A stretch of DNA of 64,000 nt from Salpingoeca rosetta (Eukaryota; Protista; Choanoflagellata). Under the pieces are notes generated by a model. That model did not search any database. It was given only the letters and a program-made list of their open reading frames with translations, and was not told the origin of the DNA. The position numbers and the translations under genes are program-made. The stretch spans positions 2,259,805 to 2,323,804 of the forward strand of contig JAWQFM010000004.1 of assembly GCA_033442325.1 (NCBI GenBank), read 5' to 3'. Positions 1-13,182 of this stretch are shown here, piece after piece; position 1 is the stretch's first letter; the number at the start of each line of letters is the position of its first letter.

Positions 1-5
1 CGTAG

Positions 6-90
<85 letters not shown>

Positions 91-187
91 GTGTGTGTCG
101 TGTGTGTCATGTGTGTGCATGCGTTGGTTGTTTGATCATGCTTGCGACCTCACAACAGCACTGCATGATGTGTGACCACACCACAGG

Positions 188-918
188 AGGAAGAATGGCA
201 CGCATTGCTGACCAGTGAACAAGTGCAAGGTACACGCGCTCACACGTGTGTTATGTTGACACTCCGTGGCATGTGTCAACTCTCTTCCCAAGACATTGCG
301 TCAACAGAAGTGCACACACACACACTCACACACACACACACACTCACCACCACACCACCATCACCAACCAGACGTGCTGGCTGGGCACGAGCAAGCGATG
401 ACGGCGCGTGTGCGGGAGAAGATGAAGAGTATTCAGATTGCGCAACTTCGAGCACAACACAACGCCCTCGTCCTCGAACAACTTCAGGTGTGTGTATGCA
501 CGTGTATGTGTATGCGTATGCGTATGTGCGAGTGACATGAGAGTGTGTGTGAGTGCCTTTCTCTCCTCATTCTCTACAGTGTGCCCGAATGCACTCTCTT
601 CCCTCTCTACCTTCCCTCCTGACCTTCACCTCACCACCACCACCACCAACGCCATGATCACGACGACCGTCACCACCATGACAGCTCCACGCGCGCCGGT
701 TGCTGTCGCACGGGCTCGGCCGTGACATCAACACGAGCGACCAGCTCCTCACTGCCATTGCCCAGTACATGGCGATCGCAGATGATGGTGGTGCTGGTGG
801 TGATGGTGATGGTGGTGGTGATGGTGGAAAGAAAAGTGGGGGTGGGGGTGGCAAGGGTGGCAGTGGTGGTGTTGGGAGAAGGAAGCGAAGGACCAGCAGG
901 AACGTGGCGAACGCATAG
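188..918 (+). CDS. 3' exons of a hypothetical protein (5'-partial), Gly/basic C-terminus
   Basis: GT-AG-bounded exons at about 188-229 (EEWHALLTSEQVQ), 372-488 (VLAGHEQAMTARVREKMKSIQIAQLRAQHNALVLEQLQ) and 685-918 (LHARRLLSHGLGRDINTSDQLL...RRKRRTSRNVANA*). No family recognised. Confidence 0.55.
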
Positions 919-1228
919 CAGACATCACACCATACATGCAAGCAGACGGCTCAGCATCCACGCATGGCAGACGGCTCAGCATGATTTCACAGTTAGGTCC
1001 ACACACACTCGTGAGCAGCAGCCAGCCCGCAATCCCACCTAACACATGACTCGCATGTGGACATCAATAATCAAGTTGCCTGTCTTTTCTGCTGTACCCA
1101 CGTGCGTATATGTGTTTACGTGTCTATTTGGAAACGAATAAACGAACGAGTGCCCAACGTGTGAAAGCAGCACACGATTACAAACACCAAGTCAGTGGCC
1201 AAGCCGCACACGCATGACACGAGACGCA

Positions 1229-1330
<102 letters not shown>

Positions 1331-1331
1331 A

Positions 1332-2484
1332 TCACACGGCGGTGTCAGTGGCAACATCCATCTGCCTCTCGTCACCATCACCATCACCACTGCCACGTTG
1401 TTCTGGCCTACTCCGCTCGTCGTCACTCCGGCGACCATCACCACCACCATCATCACCACCATCATCACCACCACCACCACTGTCTCGATGACGCCTGTCC
1501 CTGTCGTCGTCGTTGCCGGCATTGCGCCCACCATCGCTGTCGTCGTGGTCGCGGTGTCGTCGTTTCTTGTGCTTCTTCTTGTGCTTCTTCTTGTGGCGGC
1601 GCCGGTGCCGGCGCTCGCTGGCCTCCTCGTCCGAAGGATAGCTCCTATCCTCCCGGTCCTCCCGGTGTTCCCGCGCATCGTCGCTTGCGGGCCGTTCGTC
1701 CGCATCACTGCCGCCGGCACGTGACGCACTACGACTGCGACGACGATGACGACGACGGTCACGATCAGCATCATCTTCGTCTTCGCGGCGGTGGTGGTGG
1801 TGGGATGGGGTGATGCTCCGCCGGCTGCGGTGGTGCCGGTGACGGCTGCGACGGCGATCATCAGCATCATCGTCAAAGTCGTCGTGATCGTCATCATAGC
1901 GGCGGCGGTGGTGGTGGTGGCTGCGACGGGAACGGCTGCCACGGTGGTGGTGGTGTCGCCGCTCTTCCAACTGCTGCTTGCGCTCCTTCTGTCTCCGCTC
2001 CCACTCCTCATCGCGGGCAACACATTTGGAGATGGATGCGACAGCGAGCGCACCGAGCTCGGGTGGAAGCTCGCGCCCGTTCTCGGCAAACAGGTCCACC
2101 TGGTCCTCAAACAGCGTTGCCTGGCGGTAACAGATGGTGGGTGGTGTGGGGTCACAAAAGGGTGTTGTTGAGGCACTTACTTTATCGTGTTTTTCACCGT
2201 CACAGACACACAGACACACACACAGATACACACAGGCACACACAGACACACACAGACACACACACAGACACACACACACGCCCCTTCGCACCTTGATGGT
2301 GGTGAATCTGAGGCGGGTGTCCGGGTGCCAGAAAACGCCAAAGGAGACGGCCTTCTGCGGGAACGGCGTCTCTGCAATCGTCGGTGGTGTCGTCATCAGA
2401 CCCGCACTGAACAGCACAGCACATTGTCGTGTCAGGGGAATGACAAGGCGAGTGTGTGTGTGTGTGTGTGTGGATGTGTGTGAG

Positions 2485-2522
<38 letters not shown>

Positions 2523-2602
2523 AGTGGGGCATAGGCTCCAGAGATTGTCTCCGTGTCAAATGTAAACCAACAAAACGCGAACACACACACACGCACACAC
2601 AC

Positions 2603-2671
<69 letters not shown>

Positions 2672-2820
2672 AACACAAACGCACACAATTTCGTGATTGT
2701 GAGTGCACCTCACCACATAAAGTATTGCGTGTCAACAGGACTAAAGACAAACTCGACACGTTCGCTGTCCTTGAAAGCGCGCGCGAGCACAGGTTCGAGT
2801 TGTGCCTGCCAGTAATCAAT

Positions 2821-2864
<44 letters not shown>

Positions 2865-4293
2865 TCGCGTAGGCGTGCACATCGATGAGCGGAAATGGCT
2901 GAAGAACCATACATTGTGGCAAAGCGCGTGCCAGTCAAGGTGCATGCTCTGTGTTTGTATATGTGTGTGTGTGTTGTGTGCGCGCGCGTGTGTTTGTCAT
3001 ACAGTCGTGGATCTTCTGCTTGGGGAGAGGCAGCAGCCACAAGCGCACCGCCCACTGCTCGTGTGTGCTCACATCGCGACAACTGCGGTGGGTGCGTGTG
3101 CGTGTGCAAACACGACAACAACAACAATGTTGACAACAAGTGGTGGGGGTGGAGTCATCACACGCACATATGACATTGTACGAACATGATCCACTGATGT
3201 GTACACGTGTATAGGTGTGGATGTGTGAAGCTGTTTTCATGTGTGCATGTGGATTGGTGAACCTGTCTTCATCTTTGCGTGTGTGTACCTGTGTGGTTGT
3301 CCACTGTCCGGTGGCGCGGCTGGCAGTGAGGGCCTCGCGCGTGCCGCGCAGCACAAAGTAGCGGATCTTGGGCGGGTTCGACAGGTCTGGTCGCCACACG
3401 CGCGCCAGTTTTTTCCGGCGGGCGATGAACTTGTCCTTGCCGCCCTGCACCTCATACGCGGGCTCAAGCAGGTCCTCGCCCACATACTTGCGGATGGGGA
3501 ACGGGCCCTATGGATGTATGTGCGTATGGTTTTGCATGCATGTAGTTGCATGAGCATGTACATGCTTGAACGTGGGCTCAGGTGGACATGCACGGCGAGT
3601 GCACAGGATCAAGTCGCAAGCACGCACACACACATACACGTTCACACACACACACTCACACACACATACACATTCACACACACACACACACACACATTCA
3701 CACATTCACACATTCACACATTCACACGCACACACACACACACACACACGTTCACACATGCGTGTGTGTACATTATATGCGCTCACCGAGAAGTTGCGAA
3801 AGGATCGGTAACGAACCCTGAACTTCTTCAGATCCTGCTTGGTGAGGAAGAATTCACGGGCAGCGTCTTCCTCGCTGTACAAAGCCTGAACAGAGCGAAA
3901 ACACTTGGGTGAGAGACACTCAAAGAAAGCCTATCATACTCACGCACACCGTAGACAGTACAGGCGCAACGCACGTAGCCATGTCGTCAAGTTACAGCAC
4001 AAAACAAGCATACGCGATTGGTGAACGTTCGCACGCCCACTGACCTCCAGGTCCGGGATGACGCCCTCTGGAATCTCCTCCTCGCCGTTCTTCTTGGGCT
4101 CCTCCTCTTTCTCTTCCTTGCCACCTCCTCCATTCTCTGGCTTCTCCCCTTCATCCTTTGCGTCCGTGGCCGTGGACTCCCGCGTCTCTCCTCCATGTTC
4201 CTGCTCCTGTTGCGGCTGCGGTTGCTGTGGTTCGCCGTCACGTTCCGCCACAACAGCGGGAGCAGTGGCAGCGTCGCCTTTCTCGTCGCTCAT
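1332..4293 (-). CDS. Multi-exon hypothetical nuclear protein: acidic N-terminus, XPA C-terminal-like domain, R/D/H/K-rich tail
   Basis: ATG at 4293 (MSDEKGDAAT). Exons read ALYSEEDAAREFFLTKQDLKKFRVRYRSFRNFS / GPFPIRKYVGEDLLEPAYEVQGGKDKFIARRKK / AQLEPVLARAFKDSERVEF. The last exon has ERRHHHHRGSRSRR and HKKKHKKKHKKRR, with the stop at 1332. Confidence 0.65.
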
Positions 4294-4406
4294 GTTTTGC
4301 TGCTGGTGCTGCACAGTGTAGAAAATTGAGATAAAACATCCACGAATTATCCACGACACGCTGATAGCAAGAGATGCTGGGCAGAGCTTTGCAACTAGCT
4401 TCCACA

Positions 4407-4507
<101 letters not shown>

Positions 4508-5095
4508 CGCATCACTCCCACACGCTGGCATGGCTTGTTCTTGGCTTTTGCTGTCGTTCCCTGTGTACTTTTATGATTGAACCCACAACACCTGATGTGA
4601 CTGATGTGAGATGCATAGATATGGGGTGGGCTGGAAGTGTGATACGAAGGTGGGATGGACATGTGATGCGAGAAAGCGAGGTTGGCAAACAGCAACAACA
4701 CCACAAACACACACACACGCACATACAACGCCAAGCCAAGCTAATCGACGATTGTTATTGGGTGTTTTGGTCAATTTTCTCTGTGCCACACCTTTTCCCA
4801 AAGCCACCATTCACTTCTCCTTTGCAAGTCCTGCGCCACAGCGCCACAACCTCAACCACAGCCACAGCCACAACCTCACATCATCCTTCGTCTGGCTCTT
4901 GCTTGTTGTGCCAAACAAGGTCTCCCTTCTTCTCATCCCCTCTCATCCCCCCTCCCCCTCATTCCTACATTTGGCTGACACTGTGTCCGCTTTGATTCTT
5001 TCCCAACGACAACCACCACTGCGCGGTTGTGTGTTGCGTTGTTCGAAGAACACCAACACCAACACCAAAATCACCAACACAGCACAGCGGCAGTG

Positions 5096-5426
5096 ATGAC
5101 TCGTTCGGCGGGCGTCCTGGCAACAAGCGTTGCGTTGGTGCTGGTGGTCTGCTGCTGCTGTGAGAGCAACGCTGTGCCCGTATCCTCCTCTGCAGGAGTG
5201 CGGGCACTCAGCTTCTCCGACCTGTTTGCGAGTGTTGAAGAAGCGACCTTCTTTGAGAACTGGTACCAGCGCGAAGTGCTTGTGGGTACGCACAACCAGA
5301 CCCTGGCCAATCGGTTGCTCCCGCTCACCGACGTCAAATCCACCTGCCAATGGGGTGTGCAAGACAACCGCCAGGCCCACCCTGCCGCACTCCGGGTCAG
5401 TACCCCTGTGCGGGTGCTTGTGTTTG

Positions 5427-5487
<61 letters not shown>

Positions 5488-5494
5488 GTTGTTG

Positions 5495-5562
<68 letters not shown>

Positions 5563-7225
5563 CCTGTCCCTGTTTCCACTGTACGCATCTCGCAACGTCT
5601 CCTCTCCTTCCCCACCCCCCTCTCCTCTCACACTCACACTCACCCCACCCCCAACACCCAACAGATCAAAGAGCAAGGCGAGACACGGGCCGTGTTGTCG
5701 TGCGAGCAGATGGAAGACGAGCTCGCTGCTGGTGCGGGCTTGCTCGTGCGCTATGAAGACCTCCCCGGCTCCCCTGCCGACACCGCAGTCAAGCAGCTGC
5801 AGGACGGCGTGCGCGACGTGTTTGGCACAGAGTCCACCGTCCACCTGTACCACGCCACGCAGAACGAGTCGCGCGCCCTCATGCCGCACACGGACCCCTA
5901 CGACGTCCTCGTGATTCAGCTCCACGGCTCAAAGCGCTGGACTACCTGCACCCCGTATGGGTACCTGGCAGACGTGGACGTCACGGACGAACGCGCCGTG
6001 CGCGCGCACGAGAAGCGGCACAACCTGGAGCACCGCCCTGTTCACGAGTTGCAAGCAATTGCGCAGTTCACAACAGCGCAGCTGGGCCAGCTGCAGGAGA
6101 TCAGGCAGCAGCGGCAGCAGGGGTGCACGCGCTACGAGGACACGGCACTGCGCGGCATGCGCTGCTCCAACTTCACGCTGCGTGCCGGCGACACCATGTA
6201 CATGCCCAAGGGCATCATCCACTACGCCGTGTCTGGCGCAGAAGGCTCGTCGCACCTCACCGTCTCCCTCCAACGCAAGGGCCTGACGTGGGCGGATGCA
6301 CTGGTGTTTGCAGCGCAGAGCGGTGCGCATCTTGTGGACGCGGATGTGTTTGGCGCGCGGTGGCGCGAAGCCATAACCGCCGTCATTGGCCGCGATCACG
6401 AGGGCGTCTCCTATCTCCAGGCCATGCCATCCTGGCAGCTCAAGCGTGGTGGTGGTGATGGTGGGGGTGATGGTGGTGGTGATGGCATGTGTAGCGTTCT
6501 TGAAGATGAGCATGCAGCACCTGACAGCAGTGACAGCGCCGCCGGTGGCGGTAGTGGCGGTGGTGGTGAGGTGGATGCATTTGTGCGCACGTTCCAATCG
6601 CTGTGTGAGGGTTTGCTGCCCTTTGTGCTCAACGCGTACGAGAGTGCCGGTGATATGACTGCGTATGCGGACCCGTCAACGATTGAGTCGCGTGTCTCGC
6701 GCGTGTGCAGCGTCGACAGTGCACATGCTGTCCTGCATCAGTTCTGCGCACACGGTCGCATGCCAGACGACGTGACGGCGACCACGCTGTCCACGCAGCA
6801 AAGATCGGAGGACGAATTGGCAGCAGGAGCAACGGAGGTTCGTGTGCATGTGTTGATGGGGTTGAGTGCGGGTTGTGGATGCCAAACGGCAGATTAGGTG
6901 TGGGTGAGCGTGTGCGGATGCATGGGTGAGCGCGTGGAGGGCTTGCTCTCAGTGTTGTTCATCACACCACACCTCACACCTCACACACGCATCTCACACA
7001 CGCATCTCACATGTCCTCCTCCACACCACATGCACGATGCACGATGCACAACATACACATCCCATCGCCCTTCCACTGCACGTGTGATGCAGGTGCATCA
7101 GCGCTCCCGTCGGTCAACAGACCACGGCTCATACACCTGCTTTGACGGCTGCAACACCGATTGCGTGTAAGTACTCGACGAACGTGCGCACATCATGCAA
7201 GAACATGTGTGCATATTCATAAAAG

Positions 7226-7293
<68 letters not shown>

Positions 7294-8060
7294 CACGCAA
7301 CCGTGTCGTCACTTTGTTTCTGAGACTCACACGACTGCATGTGCTGTGACATGCATTTCCCCACCCCCTTTAACCCACCCCATCACCACACCGTTGATGC
7401 ACGTGTGGTGGCGCATGTAATCGCTTCCAGCATGATGTGTTCCGGATGTGACGGCGACAGCTGTGACATCTGCTCAACCACGTGCACGGGCTCATGCGAT
7501 GAGGACTGCAAGTGCAACCCGGGGTACCATGGCTCTGGCACGACGTGCTACAACTGCGCCGACAACTACTACTCCACAGAATACAACTCGAACAACTGCA
7601 TGCGGTGTGACGACTGCCCAGAGGAGCACCAGTATAGGGCTGGCTGCAGCCGTGGCACAGCGCTCACGCCGTGTGTTGACTGCGGCACGTGCGAGAAAGA
7701 CGAGTACAGGGTAGGATGTCGGCAAGGCGAGGAAGGCAATTGTCGTCCCTGTTACGGCTGTCAAGCAGGCCGGTACCGCTACAACTGTGGTGGTTTCAGC
7801 ATTGGGTTCTGCGTCACGTGTGGGTATTGCCCGCCTGGCCAGTTCCGCGATGGCTGCATTGGCACCAGCCCTGGCACGTGCAAGGACTGCCAGCCATGTC
7901 CCGCTGGATACCAGCGAGAGGGCTGCACTGGCACCAGCGGTGGCACCTGCGAGCCCTGCCCAGAAGGGTAAGAGAGATTCTGTGTGTGTGTGTGTGGGGG
8001 GGGGGTTGTGTGTTTGCGGGTTTCAGTGTGTGTTTTGTCTGAGTTTGTGTGTGTGTGTGT

Positions 8061-8132
<72 letters not shown>

Positions 8133-11100
8133 GTGCGTGTGTGTGCGCGCGCGCGTGTGTGTGTGTGCATGAGCCCATGTACTTGTGCGTGTCTCTGGTG
8201 TCTGTGAGCTTTCTTTGTATGACGTGGTTTGCTGATGTGCACTGCATTGCGTATCGCGTCATCCAACGGCTCACACCACCTCCTCACCAACCACCCAACC
8301 AACCATCCCCCCCCCCAAACCACCAGCACCTGGCGCCACACCTACTCCACGTACCAATGCTTCGACTGCCAGGCGTGCAGCAGCGGGTACGAGCGTGTCT
8401 ACTGTGGCGGTTCGTCCTCCGGGAGCTGTCGTGGCATCCTGTGCGACGCAGCGCCAACAGTGGCCCACGCCACCGTTCACGTGACCAACGGTCGGCGGTA
8501 TCAGAGCACTGCGACGTACACGTGTGGCGCGGGATACGAGCTGAAGAACGCCAACCGCAACTCGCTCAGCTGCGCCACCGATGGTTCATGGAGTGGCACG
8601 CTGCCAGAGTGTGTTGGCGTTGCGTGTCCGCCCATTTCCCTCACCAACGGCGACGTCTCGCCGTCCGGCACCATTCGCTACCCAGACTCAGCCAGTGCGT
8701 TATTCTTTCGCGTGTGTATGGCGTGCGTATGCTCTGTGTGCGTGTGTATGGCGTGCTTATGCTCTGTGTGTGTGTGCTCGTGCTGTGTGTGTCAGTGCTG
8801 TGTGTGTTCGTGCTGTGTTGTTTGATGTTTGCCCCGTGTTGCAGGATCCAATCCTCCCTTCCATCCCTTTCAGCTCACCACCATCACCACCATCACCACC
8901 ATCACAACTGTTCTTTTCCTTGTTCACCCCCCCCCGTCTCCGCCTTTCAACCACCATCCATTAGGCCTGTCGTGCCATGTGGGATATGTGTTGCAAGGCG
9001 GTGCCACGCAGTCCTGTCAGGCCGACGGCACGTGGAGCTTTCCGGACCCTCCATCCTGTCAGCCCCTCTATTGCTCGCCGGTCACGCCCCCTGAGAATGG
9101 CGCCGTGTCGTACAGCAACGGCCGCCGCTATCCGTCCACGGCAACGTTCACGTGCAACAGCGGCTATGTGCTTGAGGATGGGGACGCCGAACACACGTGC
9201 AGCGCAACAACGCATGTGTTTGTGGGCGAGACGCCCAAGTGCCTGCGCCCCACGTGCCCAGCCCTGCCGCCCCCCACCCATGGCAGTGGGGGTGCTGCTG
9301 CCAACACGCTCCGCTACCCTGCTGCTGCCTCGTTCTCCTGCGACACGGGGTATGTGCTCATGGGGCCGGCAACGGTGCAGTGCAAGGAGGAAGGGACGTG
9401 GGCCACAGCTGCGCCGACGTGCATTGGTCGCCTGTGTACGAAGGTAACTACCCCAGAGAACGGCCGTGTGACGTACAGCAACGCACGCCGCTACCCGTCC
9501 ACGGCAACGTACACGTGCACGGAGGGCTACGAGGTGGTCGGTGCGGCAACACGACAGTGCCAGGCCGACAAGGGCGAGTTTGATGGCGTGGATGCAACGT
9601 GCAGGGGCAAGCTGTGCCAGCCTCTCTCAGCACCTGCCAATGGCACCGTCACCTTCACGCCACGCAGCTTCAATCCCCGCTACCCGGCAACCGCCACCTT
9701 TGCGTGCCTGGATGGATATGTGCGCATTGGTGCTTCGACAGCGGAGTGTGATGCAGACACGGCGTGGTCAGCACAGCCACCGCGCTGCCAGCTCGACTGC
9801 GACCCCGGTTACGTCAAGAGCGGTGGTGTGTGCGTGGACGACAACGAGTGCTTTGATGGCACGCACTCGTGCGACATGAATGCAGCCTGCACCAACACGG
9901 CGGGCAGCTACACCTGTGCATGCAATGACGGCTATGAAGGCGATGGCTTCACCTGTGACGATGTGGACGAGTGCGTGCAGGCAACGCACGGGTGTGACGT
10001 GAATGCAGCCTGCACCAACACGATCGGCAGCTACACCTGCGCCTGTGTTGAAGGGTATGAAGGTGATGGCCGTTCGTGCCACGATGAAGATGAGTGTGCG
10101 GATGGCACCCACTCCTGTCATGAAGAGGCAACGTGCACCAACTCAGTGGGCAGCTACACCTGTGCGTGCAACAGCGGCTTCACAGGCAGCGGTTTCACGT
10201 GCGAAGACGTGGACGAGTGCATGGAAGGGACGCACGACTGCGACGTGAATGCAGCCTGCACCAACACGATCGGCAGCTATACCTGCGCCTGTGTCGAAGG
10301 GTACGAAGGTGATGGCGTTTTGTGCCGGGACGAAGATGAGTGTGTCGATGGCACTGCAAGGTGTGCTGTCAACGCAACGTGCACCAACACAGTGGGTAGC
10401 TACACGTGCGCGTGCAACAGCGGCTTCACAGGCAGCGGGCTCGTGTGCGACGACGTGGACGAGTGCATGGAAGGAACGCACGACTGCGACGTGAATGCAG
10501 TGTGCACCAACACAATCGGCAGCTACACGTGTGCGTGTCAGACGGGCTACCGTGGTGACGGCTTTGAGTGCGAGGACAGAAATGAGTGCCTGTACAACAC
10601 TGCGCCGTGCCACGCACATGCAGCCTGCACCAACACGGACGGCAGCTTCGTGTGCACGTGTGAGCGCGGGTATGCAGGTGACGGCATTGCCGTGTGCGAC
10701 GACGTCGATGAGTGTGCGCTCGGCACTCACAACTGCGCCGCAGACGCCACCTGCTTCAACAGCGATGGGTCGTTCCGGTGTGTGTGCAACTCAGGATTCC
10801 GCGGCAATGGCACGGCGTGTGCGGACGTGGACGAGTGTGTGGAGGGCACAGCGCCATGCGATGCAAACGCCACGTGCACCAACACACCAGGCAGTTTCCT
10901 GTGTACATGTGTGGACGGGTTTGCCGGTACGGGCATTGCCTGCGTGGACGTGGACGAGTGTCGCCAGGAGACGCACGAGTGTGACCCCAACGCACGGTGC
11001 ACCAACACGGATGGCGGGTACACGTGCACATGCAGGGACGGCTTTGTTGGTGACGGCTTGACATGTGCCGATGTGGACGAGTGTGCAGCCAGCAACGCAG

Positions 11101-11487
11101 CCGAGCTGTGCCATGCCAACGCCACGTGCACCAACACGGCTGGCTCATTTGCGTGCGAGTGCAGTGCCGGGTTTGTTGGCGACGGCGTGCGCGTGTGCTC
11201 GCCTCAGCCCAGCGTTGGGCAGAGCGGCACGAGTGCGTCTGTGGATATGGCAATCCCCGTGTCGATTGTCGGCGGCGTGATTGGTGTTGTCTTCATTGCG
11301 GCCGCAGTTGTCTTTATTGTTCGCCGCAGGCGCCAGGCCGCCGCCGACGCTGCCTTCACGGTGCGCTTGTTGTTGGTGCCTTGCGTTGGGTTTGCGAGAG
11401 AGAGAGAGGGGGGGGGGGGGGTGCTGTGGTGTGTGTGTGTGTGTGGTGTGATGTGCGTGGTGTGTGTGTGTGCGGTGTGATGTGCGT

Positions 11488-11536
<49 letters not shown>

Positions 11537-13033
11537 GTGTTTGGGTGAGTCAGTGTAAACAGATGCACTGCTCATTCACAGCGCTTTACCCCCTTTTTTT
11601 CGCGACTCACGCTGCTCTGATACCACCCGTATGACGCGCAACCACAGGATGGCAACGCAGCTGCTTCAAGCGATGGCAAGACCGGTACGCAAATGCGCAT
11701 ACAAATATACATGTTTTAGTTGCTGTTACTGTTATTTCATGAACGTTATCAGTGCAAACGTCGTACCTCTGCAACCGTCTCACGTTCACGGTTTTCCTGC
11801 CTTCGACACCACCAACACCAACCACACACACGCACCTACTCACTCACTCACTTACTCACTCACACACTCTCCCTGCTTTGCAACTGTGCATCAGGCGGCC
11901 TCTTCAAGAACCCGCTGTTCTCTGGACAGGATGGCATGTCCCCAGCACCACTACCATCATCGTCATCATCGCCACCACCACACCCAGCGCACGCGTGGAA
12001 CCCGACATGCTACGATGTCAACGACAGGACTGGCAACGCCGCAGGAGATGGGGTGTACCATGTTCCAACACAAGATGCAGGGTACGAATTGCCACGAGGG
12101 GAAGGCAAGAACAAGAAGCAGCAGCAGCAGGAAGCTGACATGTATCGTGTTCCCAGCGTGCAAGCGCCGTACGATGTTCCACGCCGCGCGAAGAAGAATA
12201 AGAAGGGTACTGATGGCAGTGATGGTGGTGGTCATGAGGATGAGGATGCCTACTGTGTCCCCACCGTGCACGCGCCATACGATGTGCCACGCCGCGAACG
12301 GAAACAGAAACAACAGCACAGCAGTGGCGATGATGGTGGCGATGGGAGCGTGGATGCTGGTGATGAGTCACAGGCGACAAACCGCTACAGCATCAACCCG
12401 ACATATGCAATGCCGCGCTTTGAAGGGCGGCAGCTGCGAGCAAACCAGACCAGCACCACAAATGCAAATGAAGATGCCAATGCAAATGCCACCACCACCA
12501 CCGGCACCAGTGGCAGCCGCGGTGGGCTGGTGAGCGGGTATGTGGAGCCACCTGCCCGCACACACGACAAGAACCATGGCAGCAGGGGTGGGCAGCGACG
12601 CAAGAATCCAAAGCTGCCACCTCGAGTGGGTGCTCCACCTCGCTTGAGTGCACGCATTGCCAACGACAGTCAACCACCGCCACCATCATCATCATCGTCA
12701 TCATCAGCACCGCAACAGGGGACGGCAGAGCCACAGACACTGTCATTTGTTGCGTCGCGTCACAACAGCAGCACGAGCGTGGGCTACTTGCAGGTGCTGT
12801 CTGAAAACGACAACGGACCGTCGGAAACAAACACGGAGCCTTCGTTCGTGTACGACCCAACGTGGCAGGGAGCCAATGCCAACAACAGCAGCGGTCACGA
12901 AAGCGATGCGGGCAATGCACCAATGCTGGCGAGCAGCTATGTTGTGCTGCATCGTGGACACACGGAGGAGGTGACGGACGACGATCCAGACTACGTGGAC
13001 GTGCACACGAGACCAGCCTCCATGATGCAATGA
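5096..13033 (+). CDS. Type I membrane protein: signal peptide, JmjC/cupin-4 oxygenase, RSRR, TNFR-like Cys repeats, 6 sushi, 11 cbEGF, TM, Tyr-motif tail
   Basis: Phase-compatible exons 5096-5395, 5665-6837, 7093-7166, 7431-7967, 8327-8694, 8965-11360, 11648-11684, 11895-13033. Signal peptide MTRSAGVLATSVALVLVVCCCCESNA. JmjC motifs PHTDPYDVLVIQLHGSKRW and LRAGDTMYMPKGIIHYA. EGF units DVDEC...CTNTxGSYTCAC. TM IPVSIVGGVIGVVFIAAAVVFIV followed by RRRR. Confidence 0.85.
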
Positions 13034-13107
13034 GTTGGCGGAATAGCGGGTGCGTGAGTGTAAGTGCGTGAAAGGGCATGTGTGCGTATGTGTGTGTGTG
13101 TGTGTGC

Positions 13108-13182
<75 letters not shown>

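Noticed and set aside
1332-4293. True XPA orthologue
   Set aside because: No C4 zinc finger is seen and the overall architecture differs.
8965-13033. Calling the EGF receptor Notch, fibrillin or a receptor tyrosine kinase
   Set aside because: No LNR, ankyrin, TB or kinase domain is present, and the tail is low-complexity.
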